From Lama guanicoe (taxonomy: Eukaryota): a stretch of 64,000 nucleotides of DNA. This document shows, one piece after another, positions 52,461 through 64,000 of this stretch. Below the pieces are notes generated by a model. The model was not told the DNA's origin and made no database searches. It saw only the letters and a list, made by a program, of their open reading frames with translations. The DNA lies in NCBI GenBank assembly GCA_013239625.1, contig MU054323.1, positions 8,235,220-8,299,219 on the forward strand, in the 5' to 3' direction. Every line of letters begins with the position of its first letter. Within the stretch, counting starts at the first letter, position 1. Position numbers and translations under genes: made by a program.

Positions 52461-53301
52461 AAGTACAATCATATCTGTACCTGGCAGAGTGTGCATTTCC
52501 AGCAGAAAGGCAAGAAAGAGCCTGGAGCATTTGGAGGGACTGTGAAGAGCACAGCACAGCTCGGGCAGAGAGCCCTAAAAGGGGAGCAAATGGGATGATG
52601 CCAGAGAAGCAGGCTGGGCGGATCACGCGAGACAGGAGCCCATGCCGAGGGATGCAGGCTTGGATCTGAAGGCTATGATCTCTTGGTGGAATAGTCCTGC
52701 CCAAGTACCTTTTGTGTTTCTACACTGCCTCCAAGGAGCAGGGCAAATTTCTTAGGCTGTCACTCCAGGCTTCTCAACAACTTCCCGGTCCAACCTTCCC
52801 TCCCACCACTCTCAAAGTAATATGGGGAATAACGCGGCTTTCTCCTCATAGCCTTTCTCCTGGCAAGTGATTAATGCGGGGTGCTGACGAGCAGGGCAAT
52901 CCAGGCCTGCCTGGTGCCCCTGCCCCCCGGATCCTCCCCCCCACCCTCCCTGCCAGTCTGGTCCAGGGAAGTGGCTCTCCTCAACCCCAGTGTCTGAATC
53001 AAGGTTATTTCTCCTCCCCCCAGCAAATGCCCAAATGCTATGCAGAGACTAGCAAGGCCACTGGTTGCCAATCAGCACCAGAGCTCCTCTTTGAGGACAG
53101 ACCAAGGCTTTGGTCTGATTACATGGGCACCAGCCATCTGAGATCACCAAGGCCAGGGAATGCTGGAAGTCATGTGACCCTCAGTCTGTTCCAGCAAGGC
53201 CATCCTGCTGTCAAAGCTACAGTCATGAAAATCAGAACAGAGAGAAAGGCTGTGTTAGAGAGGGAGACCTGGGTCCCAGCTGCTAATAATAACAGTCTCA
53301 T

Positions 53302-54472
53302 CTTTTTTTAATTGAGATATAATTGACAAAGAACAATATATTACATATAATAATTTGATACATGTATATATTATTAAATGATTACCCCAAAAATCAATAA
53401 TAATAGTTGATTTTGTCAATAATTTGTCAACTATTTGTCAATAATAGTTGATACCCATCACCACACATAGTTATCATTTTCCCCTTGTTATAAGATCTAG
53501 TCTGTTAGAAACTTTCAAATACACAATATGGTGTTGTTAACTATAACCACCATGCTGCATATTACATCGCTGGGACTCACAAATGGAAGCTTGTATCCTT
53601 TGACCATCTTCACCCATTTTACCCACCTCCCACTCTCTGCTTCTGGCAACCACCAATCTGTTCTCTGTATCTATGAGCTCAGTTTTTGTAAGATTCTACA
53701 CATAAGTCAGATCATACGGGATTTGTCTTTCTCTGCCTGGCTTATTTCACTTAGCATAATGCCCTCAAGATCCATCCATGTTGCCACAAATGGCAGAATT
53801 TCCTCCTTTTTTATAGGTGAATGATAGTCCATTGTATAACTGTATCACATTTTCTTTATCCACTCATCCACTGATGGACACTTAGGTTGTTTCCAAATCT
53901 TGGCTATTGTAAATAATGCTGCAGTGAACATGGTGCATATATCTTTTCAAGATAGTGATTCTGCTTCCTCTGGATAAATACTCAGAAGTGAAATTGCCAA
54001 ATCATATGGTTGTTCTATTTTGATGTGTTAAGGAAACTCCATACTGTTTTCCATAGTGACTGAACCAGTTTACATTCCCACCAACAGTGCACAAGAGTTC
54101 CTTTTTTTCCACATCTTTGCCAACACTTGTTATTGCTTGTCTTTTTGATAATAGTCATTCTAACAGATGTGAGGTGATAGCTCATTGCCATCCTGATTTG
54201 CATTCCCTTAGTGATCAGTGACGTTGAGCATCTTTACATGTACCTGTTGATCCTTGTTATGTCTGCTTTAAAAAAATGTCTACTCACATCCTTTGCCCAT
54301 TTTTTAACTGAATGCTTTAGGTTTTCTCTATTGAGCTGTACGAATTCTTTATATATTTGGGGCATTATCCCCTTATCAGATACATGATTTGCAAGTACCT
54401 TCTCTTATTTCATAGTTTGCCTTTTCATTTTGTTGATGGTTTCCTTTGCTGTACTGAAGCTTTTCAGTTTAC
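53302..54472 (-). mobile_element. L1MA-like 3' end (about 1.2 kb)
   Basis: Continuous antisense L1 3' UTR and ORF2 end (ggcttatttcacttagcataatgccctc, tttacattcccaccaacagtgcacaagagttcc). Track ORF 54015-54203(-) is ORF2 C-terminal debris. Confidence 0.93.
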
Positions 54473-55249
54473 ATTCTCACCTTTTACTAGAATTAATTAA
54501 TTAGTCTTAGTTTCACATTTGCCATCTCACTTGGAGTCCCACAACCACTGTGTGAGGGGGACTACTTGGAGATGCTCTCATCTTCCAGTGCTGTAGAGGA
54601 GGAGACAGGCTCACAGAAGGGCCGTGGCTTGCCCCGCTCCCACAGCTGCACTGCCTTCTGGTTTCCCTCCACTAGGCTGCCGGTATGGTGAGTTTTGGTC
54701 ACTCCAGCTGCTTAATGCCAGAATCCTAGAATTTCAGTGATGGGAGGGACTAATGTTTAAATCTCTCCTCAGCATTCTGACAGTGTCCAGAAAACTTTCA
54801 GGGAGTTCTTATTCTGGGAAAAGAACCAGCACAGATCAAACAGACCCTGCCATGGCCCAAGGACTCTCCTGTCTCCACCTTACTCATCACCCCTTCACTT
54901 CCAGGGACCTCCTGTTCCTTCCCCTGCTAACATGACCCAGCTTCCTCAAAGAATCTGTGACGCAGAAGCCACTAAATCATGGTCAGAAAATCTTGGCTGT
55001 TTTTTGGGGAACGCACATTTCATTAAATTTCTGGAGGCAAAAATGTCAGGAGGGCATCCATAGTTTTAAAAAATACATTATTTTCCTTATTTTTAAAAAA
55101 CAAATAGTCTGAGTAATGAGATCCTGCAGCACATATTTCCATGTTTGAGGACTTCAAAAGTTCTTTTCTAGCTGGTCAGCTCATTTTAGCCTGGACTAGA
55201 ATCCAAACCATGTGGACTAGATAGGCTAGCGTCTCTCTCTCTCACTCTC

Positions 55250-55500
55250 TTTTTTTTTAAAAAATTAAAACCACATAGAGATATGATCCACATACAAAAA
55301 GCTGTACATATGTAATGTACACAACTTGTTGCATTTGGAGATAGGTATGAAACCATGCACACAGCCCCTGTTGTAAACGTATCCATCACCTCCAGAAGTT
55401 TCCTCCTGACTCTTTATTTACTATTATTGTTATTATATTTTTATAAGAACACTTTACTAAGATCTTCCCTCTTAGTACTTTCTTAAGTATACAATACGAT
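55250..55500 (-). mobile_element. Short L1 3' end fragment
   Basis: aaaaagctgtacatatgtaatgtacacaactt ... aaacgtatccatcacctccagaagtttcctc. Confidence 0.7.
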
Positions 55501-56335
55501 ATCAAGATGGACTCCAGTTTCAAACTTGGAATGTGCCCTTTTTAGTCCATCCTACCCATTAGACAGACAGGGAAACTGAGGCTTGGGTCAGAGAAGTATT
55601 CTCCCCAGTGAAATTCAGCTCCCTGGTGGCAGAGCCAAGTCTCATCACAGTTCTTTTGAGTCTCCATTCAGTTCTGCTTTGACAGAACTGCAGCACGAGT
55701 GTGGCCGAGATCAGGGCAGCCCAGGGAAGGAGCCAGGGGACCACTTTCTGAGCAACCCTTAGCCTGAAACAAAACTGCCCAGGTCTGAGCCCCAGGCTGC
55801 TTTGATGCTCCTACTCACGCATGTGTCTGGCTCAAACGGCTGTCCCTTTGGACTGCTGCAAGGGGCTGATTAGATGTAATTGCTTTGCCTAGAGCGAGCT
55901 ATCTGCTTAATAGAATCAGCGCCCAGTAATTAGCCTGCCAGAGGCTCATTTCCTTTGCAGGAGCCCGTGGGCCTCTAGGCCCTTACACCAACCTGTGAGT
56001 GTTGGGCCTTTGCAAGCAGCAGACCGCAGGGTAGAAGTGTGGGGGCTTTGGGGCAGGTAGGGGATGGGAGAAGCTGGGAGAAAGCAGGGCTTGAAGGCTC
56101 AGCCAGGACTCCAGGGGCAACCCTCCCTGGCGCCAGGGAATTGCAGCATTTCAAGGAGGGTGGAAGAGCCTAGCACAGAGGAAATTCTCCATGAACGGTG
56201 AACTGAGCCTGACTGGACCATAAAGCGCATCTAGTCTAGCCCCAAACTCAGTACTTTTAGCAAGCAAATCAAAAGGCATTTCTTGCAGACCTACTGTGTG
56301 CCAGGCACTGTACTATCTCCTTGGATCCTTCTAAA

Positions 56336-56970
56336 GTAGGTGAGGGAGATGAAGAGGTGCAAACTTCTAGTTATGAAATAAATGAGTCACCGGTATGAAA
56401 TGTACAGTGTGTGGAACATAGTCAATAATAACAGAATATCTTTGTATGGTGACAGACAATAACTAGACTTAGCATGTGATCATTTTGTCATGCATAGAAA
56501 AATCAAATAACCATATTGTACACCAGGAACTAACATAGGGTTATAGGTCAATTATACTTCGCAAACAAAAACTGATAGAAAAAAAAAAGATCAGATTTGT
56601 GGTCACCAGAGGCAGGGGAGTGGAGGGAGACTGGATGAAGGCAGTCACAAGATATGAACTCCCAGTTGTAAGATAAATAAGTACTAGGGATGCAATATAC
56701 AACATGATAAACATAATGAACACGGTTGTCTGTTACATATGAAAGTTGTTAAGAGAGTAAATCCTACGAGTTCTCATCACAAGGGAAAAAATTGTTTTTC
56801 TTTTCTTTGGTATCTATATGGAATGATGAATGTTCACTAAACTTAAGAGGTAAAAATTTCATGATGTATGTGAGTCAAATCATTAAGCTGTACACCTTAA
56901 ACTTATAGGGTGCTGTATGTCAATTATATCTCAATGAAATTGAAAGGAAAAAAGATTTAAAAAAACAAAA
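56336..56970 (+). mobile_element. L1 3' UTR with internally repeated module and A-rich tail
   Basis: Two related modules (cttctagttatgaaataaatgagtc and ctcccagttgtaagataaataagtac), ending gtacaccttaaacttata ... tcaattatatctcaatgaaa. Confidence 0.85.
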
Positions 56971-57129
56971 CAGCCTGAACCAGGGGATCAATCAGGCTGT
57001 GCTTTCACTCCTTCACTGACCAGGAGCTTATTTCGTCCTGGGCAGTTCATTCCTTCTGCAGAGCCATGGAGAATGTTCCATCTATTTTGAGCTGAAAGCT
57101 CTTTCAACTGAAGCACTTCCTCACAGATC

Positions 57130-57295
57130 ACGGGCCCCTCCTAGGCCACCCAGAGCAAAGCTAACCCCTCCTCCGTGTGACAGCTCACACGTCCTCTGCA
57201 TCTTTTCTCCAGACTGAATACCCCAAGTTCCTTGACTGTGCCATGGACATCACACCGGTGAGGCCCCCCGTTAATCTGGTTGACAGCCTGGAACC
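57130..57295 (-). mobile_element. L3/CR1 remnant
   Basis: cttttctccagactgaataccccaagttcctt resembles the antisense CR1 3' motif (track peptide VKELGVFSLEKR). Confidence 0.6.
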
Positions 57296-58130
57296 TGCTT
57301 CTCTTCATCAATTCCTCTCTCCCAGTATGGTCCGGAGCCCAGCAATTGGAACCACAGGGGACAGGACTCCTCCCCAGCAGAAAGAGCTGCAGTGCCGAGC
57401 CGATCAGGACTCTATCCAAGGAGTGCCACGGTGGCGACCCAGCCCCTCCACTGAGGGAAGGACACCTAAAACCTGCTTGTTGGGAATAAATCCACCTCTC
57501 TTGTCCTCTCCCCGACCCAGATGGACACACATAGACAATGCCATGCATGCTCACAGGCGCCACTCAATACTCACTGGCTGATTAATCATTGCGAGTGCTA
57601 TTGTAATTATTGCATTCGGGGCTGAGAACAGGCTGCCTCCGCTGGCTTCTCAGAAGCCATAAACCTGCAATGAAGGATTTCAAGATTTGTGAGGCTGTTG
57701 ACTAGATCTCCAGGCTCACTTTTTTCCTTAGCAGCAACACGTTTGACAGAGAATACAGGTCATGGCCGCTTCAGAATCTCTGCCGAGGACAGGCTTAAGG
57801 GACTTAATTCCAGCAATGTGAAGGGGGAGCATTTAGTGCACTTACCTTGCAGCTAAAGGTTTGGAGGTCAGGCAGAGTAGCTGGGCTCCAGCCCCAGCTC
57901 TGGCCTGGGAAGTTGTGAGGCTTGGAGGTCTGACCCCCCTTGCCAGGCCTCAGTTTCCTCATTAGCACTGTTGGGTCTAAGATTTCCTCTAGCTTTAATT
58001 ATTCTGTGAGCCTTGGCCAAACACAAAGGAGAATGTGAGTGGAGGGGAGAATGACAAGGGCTGGTAGATAGACGAAGGAGAGAAGAGGAGACCAAGACTG
58101 AAGCTGAAAGTCTCAGGCTTGCTGCTTCCT

Positions 58131-58162
58131 ACACACACACGTGCACACACACACACACACAC
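58131..58162 (+). repeat. Interrupted (CA)n microsatellite
   Basis: Directly visible. Confidence 0.9.
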
Positions 58163-61100
58163 CAGGCTGGAGACCAGTGGCTGGTTTTCTCCCAGATCTT
58201 ACTCTCCTATCACTTGCTGGCCTGCCTGAGACCCCAGTAACATAGTGGAGGGGAAGATGTGAAAAGGGGAAGAGAAGGGAGAATGAGGGGGAAATTAGCA
58301 GAAAAGAGCAAAACATACAAGTGGCAAAAACAGAAAAGTGAATCACACCAGTGTCAGTGAGGACCAAGTGGGCAATCTCAGGCACTGCTAGGGAGAGTGA
58401 AAACCAAGAGAGCCACACTGAGGACAGCCCGGCAGCGTTTAGTGCCATGCAGTGGGCATAAGCACCATGACACTTCTGGGAATGCGTCCCAGTGGGAACT
58501 CCCTGCAGGTCCTTAAAGACACACACAGGAGGCTGCTCATCTCAGTGTGGTACTCAGAGTCAGAGAGGGAGGCCACCAAACAGGCCGTCTTAGAGGAAGG
58601 GATCCATCCAATGTGGTAGGTGCAGACTTTGGACTAAGGCTTTCTGCTAACAAATGAAGCAAGCCTATCTCCGACAGCAGCTCCATGGAGATCGGTTGGT
58701 CCTCACTCTCACAAGCAGAAGACCCTGTGTCCTGAGCTGGACATTCAACCCATCCCAGGCAGGACTGAGAACAGAGCCAGGTGTCTGCCTCCTAGGGCGG
58801 CACTCTCCTTCCAACAGTTCCCAGCACCTCTCTTTTGTGAACAGCTGCCTTTTGTGTTTGGTTTGGGCTTGAGATGTTAAACAAATAGTGTCTCTTGACA
58901 AATGCAAGCCGGCTGCACTGGGACTGGTTATGCTCTGTAAATCCAGACTAATTCTCCATGTCCCTCCCTGCAGAGATACACCAAGAAACCCCTCCGTCAT
59001 AGCCTAAGCACCCTGCACCCCATCAACCTGCCCTCAGAGGCCAGGATCCCTGGGGCGGCTCTCTGCTCTCTTTCTGAGGCAACTCCTGGTGCACAGGGCC
59101 CTTCCCCCTTCTCAGGCCAGTCCCTGGCTTGATGCTGAGATAGCCTTGGACGTTCCTTTCTGCGGTGAACCATGGCCCCAGGCCCTGCCAACCCACCTGG
59201 CCCAGCCAGGTCTACTGGAACAGATGGAGGAGTGTTTCCAGAGTGACTTCTGTGCCAGGTCTCCACCAAGGCCTGTGGGGCACGGAGGTGAGGAAGGCCC
59301 TATCCCCGCCCTGCAGGAGCTTATGGTCTGGCCCAGAATTTCATGGGAGGCCCTGGTCCTGCTAGTAACTGCTAGTCAGGATTTGAATCTGCGTTTGTCT
59401 GACTGGGGAGTCAGCTCCTTCTCTCCCTACCCCACTGCCCCCTGCCTTCATCCTCCAGTCAAACTGGCCAATAAAAGGGGGCTGGATAGTAATGGACAGA
59501 GAGGGCTCTGGGCCCCTCATCTTTCAGACAGCATTCTTGGCCATCATAGAATGAGCACTGCTCACACAGCCATTAACATCAACAGAACATTGCTCCTTCT
59601 GTCATTAACATCACAGAACATCAGAGCAGGGAAGAGACTTTTCAAGATAGTCGATCCTTTCATCCTGTGGGAAAGGAAATTGAGGCACTGAGAGGCAACG
59701 TGATTCTCTCAAGCCTGCCAGCTAGTTGGTAGTCGGTGGCAGCGCTGGGACCAAGCTCCTGGACCTGGACTCCCAGTTCAATGCCCTCCCCACATGCTTC
59801 CTCAGGCCTCTGAACACTCACATTTGTCTTTATCCTCTTCCTTTAAAACATGCGGCACTTCTCCAGCCTTAGAAGTAACTGTCTGTGAAGAGTCACAGAA
59901 GCAGATTGCCCGGGGTTTTTCTGCCCCAGTCTCTGCCATCTGTGCCCCTCGCCCCACTGACACTGCTGATCTGTAACCCAGAAGGTGAGGATGCTTTGAA
60001 GCCTTCACTGCACACTGATGTGCAAAGTGGGTGTCCCCACTGTGGGAGGTGTAATGTGAGTAAGAAGGGTCTCCGCCTGGAGAAGATAATGAGCCAGTGA
60101 AGAAGATAAATATTAAAAGAGTTGACTAATCTACAAGGCAGAAGCAATGCCTACTAAACTGGCGTTTAGACAGGTTGCTGTGGAAGCACAAAGGAGCCAG
60201 TGGTTCTGATTGGAGGCAATTGGGAAATGCTTCATTGAGAGTGTGGCCTTTCAGTTGGGTCTTGAAGCCTGAATAGGAGATCACTAAATAGAAAACAAAG
60301 GAGGCAAGGAGGTACCAACATCACAGCTTATGGGAGCCATGGGAGCCAGGAGTGAAACATAAAAGTACTTGGATGTGCCTAGAGCTTAGAGGGGAATGGA
60401 GTAGAATATACAACTGGAAAATAATGTGTATAATGTTTAGTGCATAATAATATGCAGCAACTCATGATAATTGAATTTTGTACCATTTATCCTAACTCTG
60501 ACTGTGTCCTTTTCCTCACAAACTAAAGTCTTAAAAGCAGTGACTATACCCTTTTTTCTCCTGATTCTTGGAAGAACTAGGGAAGCAGAAGCAGGCCAGG
60601 AAGGTCATGGGATGTTATAAATGAAGGGAGTAGACATGCCCTGATCCAAACCCCTCCATTTATGGCTGTGCAAACCAGGGCCCCTGGAGGAGTGACTGGC
60701 CAACAGCAAGCAGGTGGCAGAGCCAGACCCCAGCCTAGGCCTTCCAATTCTCCACCCTGTGTTCTCTACTGGACAGGATTTCAGAAAACCAACACACAGA
60801 AGGCTGATTGGTATAACAATTTGAAGGATGGAAAAAAATCTCTTTCTGACCCAGAGCTTCCCCCACAGAAGTCACCAATGGATTGGAAGAAATATAAGAA
60901 CATGGAGAAGCCACAGCTGAGCAGTTTTTATCATCTATAAAAGACAGGTGCTTTCTGACACTTGGCCTTGGGCAGAGGATGGGGCATCCCCATCAGGGGG
61001 CTGGGAGGTACAGGCAGGTCCTCAGAGTCCTGGATGGAAGGGAGTGGGATAGGCTTCAACGTCTTTGTCATAATCCCACCCAGGCCAAGGGCGAGCTCAT

Positions 61101-61289
61101 GGGACCTCTGCCCACAGGTCCCCGGGGTTACTCAGAAATCTTGACTGGTACCTGCACAATTCCCCCACCAGTCCCCCCTCCTTAAGAGAAGGGAGTGAAG
61201 AGGGGCAGGAGGAGGAGACCCCACTGGTGGGTATCCTGATCCCATGCATAACAGGGAACAACAGGAAAGACCCCAGCCATGGCACATGA

Positions 61290-61420
61290 GTCCTGGCCCT
61301 GCCTCATTCACTGTGTGACCTTGGGAAACACACTTCCTACTTTCCGGGCCTCAGTTTCCTCATCTGTAACATGACAGGGTTGGGCCAGATGATCTCTAAA
61401 GGTCTTTCCAGTTCTGAAAT
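61290..61420 (+). mobile_element. MIR/MIR3 SINE
   Basis: ctgtgtgaccttgggaaa ... gggcctcagtttcctcatctgtaa ... ccagatgatctctaaaggtctttccagttct. Confidence 0.75.
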
Positions 61421-62079
61421 ACAAACAAGCTTCATCATAATTAATAATAAATGCCCTGCCCCTAACAAGAGCTTTTTCCTTTTTCCAAAGCTCTTTCACT
61501 CATAATATCACCTTTCATCTGCACAGCAGTTTGGTCTGGCAGCCAGAGATGAACAGACCTGTACACACAGCCTTTTACACTGAAAACCAGGCCTAGTGAA
61601 CCACTTGCTCCTCTAGATTGGCTTTGGGGAACTGGCTTTTAAGGTGTCTGTGTCCAGGAACACGGGATCTAACTTGTTCCCCCACCCCTGGGAAGTCAGG
61701 AAAGGCAGCACTTTTCTGCCAAAAAGCCAGAAGATGCCAAGAGGGAAAGCTTGCAATAGGCTGAGTGTATGGCCAGAAGGGCAGGACCAGAAAGTTTGTG
61801 GCAGATCAAGGCATCTGACACAATCAAAACATCTTATAGTGAGAGGGGGCGGGGGCAAAGCACCACCAGTCAGTGCCAATCTGGTCGGAGACCTGAGTTC
61901 TAGGGTAGAAGAAGTCGTTATAGAACCTTGTAGTGTCTGATTTACATGCATGCCATTCCCTTTGATCTCTTACAACACTCTGTTCAAGAGCCAGTATAAT
62001 TAACTATCCCATTTACAGTGAAAAAAAAAGGATGTTCAAGGAGTCATCATAAAGAAGAGCATAGGCTTAGGAGGTAGTC

Positions 62080-62265
62080 TGTCTCTTCCCAGCTGAACAT
62101 CCTTGGGGGATTCACTGCACTGCCTTTTAGCCTCAGTTTCCTCATCTATAAAATGGACATAACCATTCCTTCCTTTCGGGACTGTGATAAGGACTAGAGA
62201 TAATGAATGTAATATGCCTTGCCTGACACACAGCAGATGCTTGATTCGTACTTGTTGAATGAATG
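62080..62265 (+). mobile_element. MIR SINE
   Basis: agcctcagtttcctcatctataaaatgg ... tgcctgacacacagcagatgct. Confidence 0.75.
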
Positions 62266-63299
62266 GTGGAAGGCAGGAATGGGTTGGTGGCACTGCTGGG
62301 AAAAGCAGTCTAGTATCAGGCAGTGACAGGTCAGCCTAGAATGTGCGCAGACTGTGCTCCTGCTTCTGGCTGGCTGCCTTCTAAGCCTATCCTCCTCTGT
62401 CCGGGGCCTTGGGGCCTCTCCCATGTCTCTCCTCGTGGCCCATGCCAGGGTCCTGTGAAAGACTTTTTGACCCTCCTTGGCAGTGGGATTTGCATTCCAA
62501 TCATTCTGCTCACTCAGCCCATCCAAGTCTGGAGCTGTTTGGAGCTAAGCAAGGCCTGTGGAATCATCTGCCATGGCACTTCATTGAAGAGATAAGGAAG
62601 CAAGACTCTGAGAGGGGCAGGGACGCCTCGCCTGCGACCCCACAGGCTGCCCTCCTCACCACCACCACACCATGTTGACAAATGAGGAAACTGAGGCATG
62701 AGAGGTCTCCCGGCTCCTCCAGTCTGTCAGTGAGCCTCCTGATCTGGGCCCTCCACTTCCCCTTTTTCAGCTAGGTTCTGTTGGGATGCTCCATGGTGAT
62801 GTCCATGGCTGTCCCTGGCAGCCCAGCCCAAGCCCAGCCTGGCCAGCTGGTGCAGGGGAGAGGCCATAGAGGTCAAGACAGCCTGATGGCCTCTGAGGAG
62901 CAGAGCAGGGGACCCTGGGACTGGGTGCTCCTGGCCTAGGCTCCTCAACCAGCTCCAGGAGCTGTACTGACCTGAGAAGAGACACATTTCACAAGACCAG
63001 GGCTTTCCCTTGGGTATTGGCCCATGTGTTCCCAGGTTCACAGCTGTGCCTTCCTGTTTCTAAGACAGCCAGCAGCCTGGCACAGGGAAGGGCATGTGGC
63101 CTGGGAGGAGGGGAAGCTTGACAGATCTGAGTGCTGACAGTAACCCACTGTGTACCCTTGCACATCACTTGACCTCTCCGTGCCTCAGTTTCCTCATCCA
63201 CATAGTACAAGGCAGAACAGCAAGACCTGAAGTCCCTTCCAGCTATAGCGTGTTGTGATTTTAGTGGACGGATAGGGGAGGAGGACTGAGGGGTGGGAG

Positions 63300-63675
63300 G
63301 ACTTCGTTTGCCTGTTCCTTTCCCTTTCCTTGCTTTTCTTTTTCTGCATCATCAGTTTATCTCCAGCTATCCAGGTCTCCCGGTCTCCGCTCTTTCTGTT
63401 TTCTTCTTTCAGTCTGTGCCTCTCTAGTCTGTATCTTTCTGCCTGCCTCTTCCTTTTCTGTGTCTATGAGTCTACCTCAGGTTTTATCTCCTTGTCTGTC
63501 ACACACACCCCCCCCCGCCTCTTTTTCCCTCTCTTCCTCTGTAGTTACATACATTTCTGTCTACTTATCTTTCTCTGGGTCTCTGCCTCTCTCTAGGTCT
63601 CTCGCTCGTTCTCTGTCCTGCCCGGTCCGTCCGCGGCTCTCCCGCTCTCTACCCACCCCTCCCCACCCCTCCCCC
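63300..63675 (+). repeat. Pyrimidine-rich (CT) low-complexity tract upstream of KCNK3
   Basis: Strong C/T strand bias, ending in C-runs at the gap edge. Confidence 0.85.
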
Positions 63676-63813
63676 NNNNNNNNNNNNNNNNNNNNNNNNN
63701 NNNNNNNNNNNNNNNNNNNNNNNNNNNNNNNNNNNNNNNNNNNNNNNNNNNNNNNNNNNNNNNNNNNNNNNNNNNNNNNNNNNNNNNNNNNNNNNNNNNN
63801 NNNNNNNNNNNNN
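63676..63813. other. Assembly gap (138 N) in the GC-rich KCNK3 promoter/5' UTR
   Basis: N run between a C-rich tract and GC-rich exon 1. Confidence 0.99.

Positions 63814-64000
<187 letters not shown>

Noticed and set aside
59089..59691. 200-aa plus-strand ORF
   Set aside because: Non-ATG start, runs into a MIR, no recognisable motif.

Overview
Mammalian (eutherian) genomic DNA from a draft assembly with two N-gaps. The repeat content (MIR, L2, L1, MaLR/ERV LTRs, MER transposons, no recognisable Alu, B1, BovB, PRE1 or Can-SINE) suggests a camelid or related cetartiodactyl, which is inference only. The window covers the divergent CIB4-KCNK3 locus. CIB4 coding exons 1-3 lie on the minus strand (18119-18066, 17593-17559, 9275-9179), all with canonical GT-AG sites and in-frame splicing; the remaining exons were not found and presumably lie left of the window. 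About 45.8 kb of repeat-rich intergenic DNA follows, then the GC-rich start of KCNK3 (TASK-1) exon 1 on the plus strand (ATG at 63922). Almost all ORFs in the supplied track are spurious. I found no evidence for a novel multi-gene system. The most interesting signals are regulatory or structural: (1) a 32-codon uORF whose TGA overlaps the KCNK3 start (ATGA) and contains a G-quadruplex motif; (2) an RFX X-box plus CRE-like motif in the CIB4 promoter; (3) a near-perfect 575-bp-period tandem duplication with a templated junction in CIB4 intron 2; (4) a fossil hAT transposase N-terminus; (5) nested transposon insertions. Repeat family names come from recalled consensus motifs, not from a search, and repeat boundaries are approximate.
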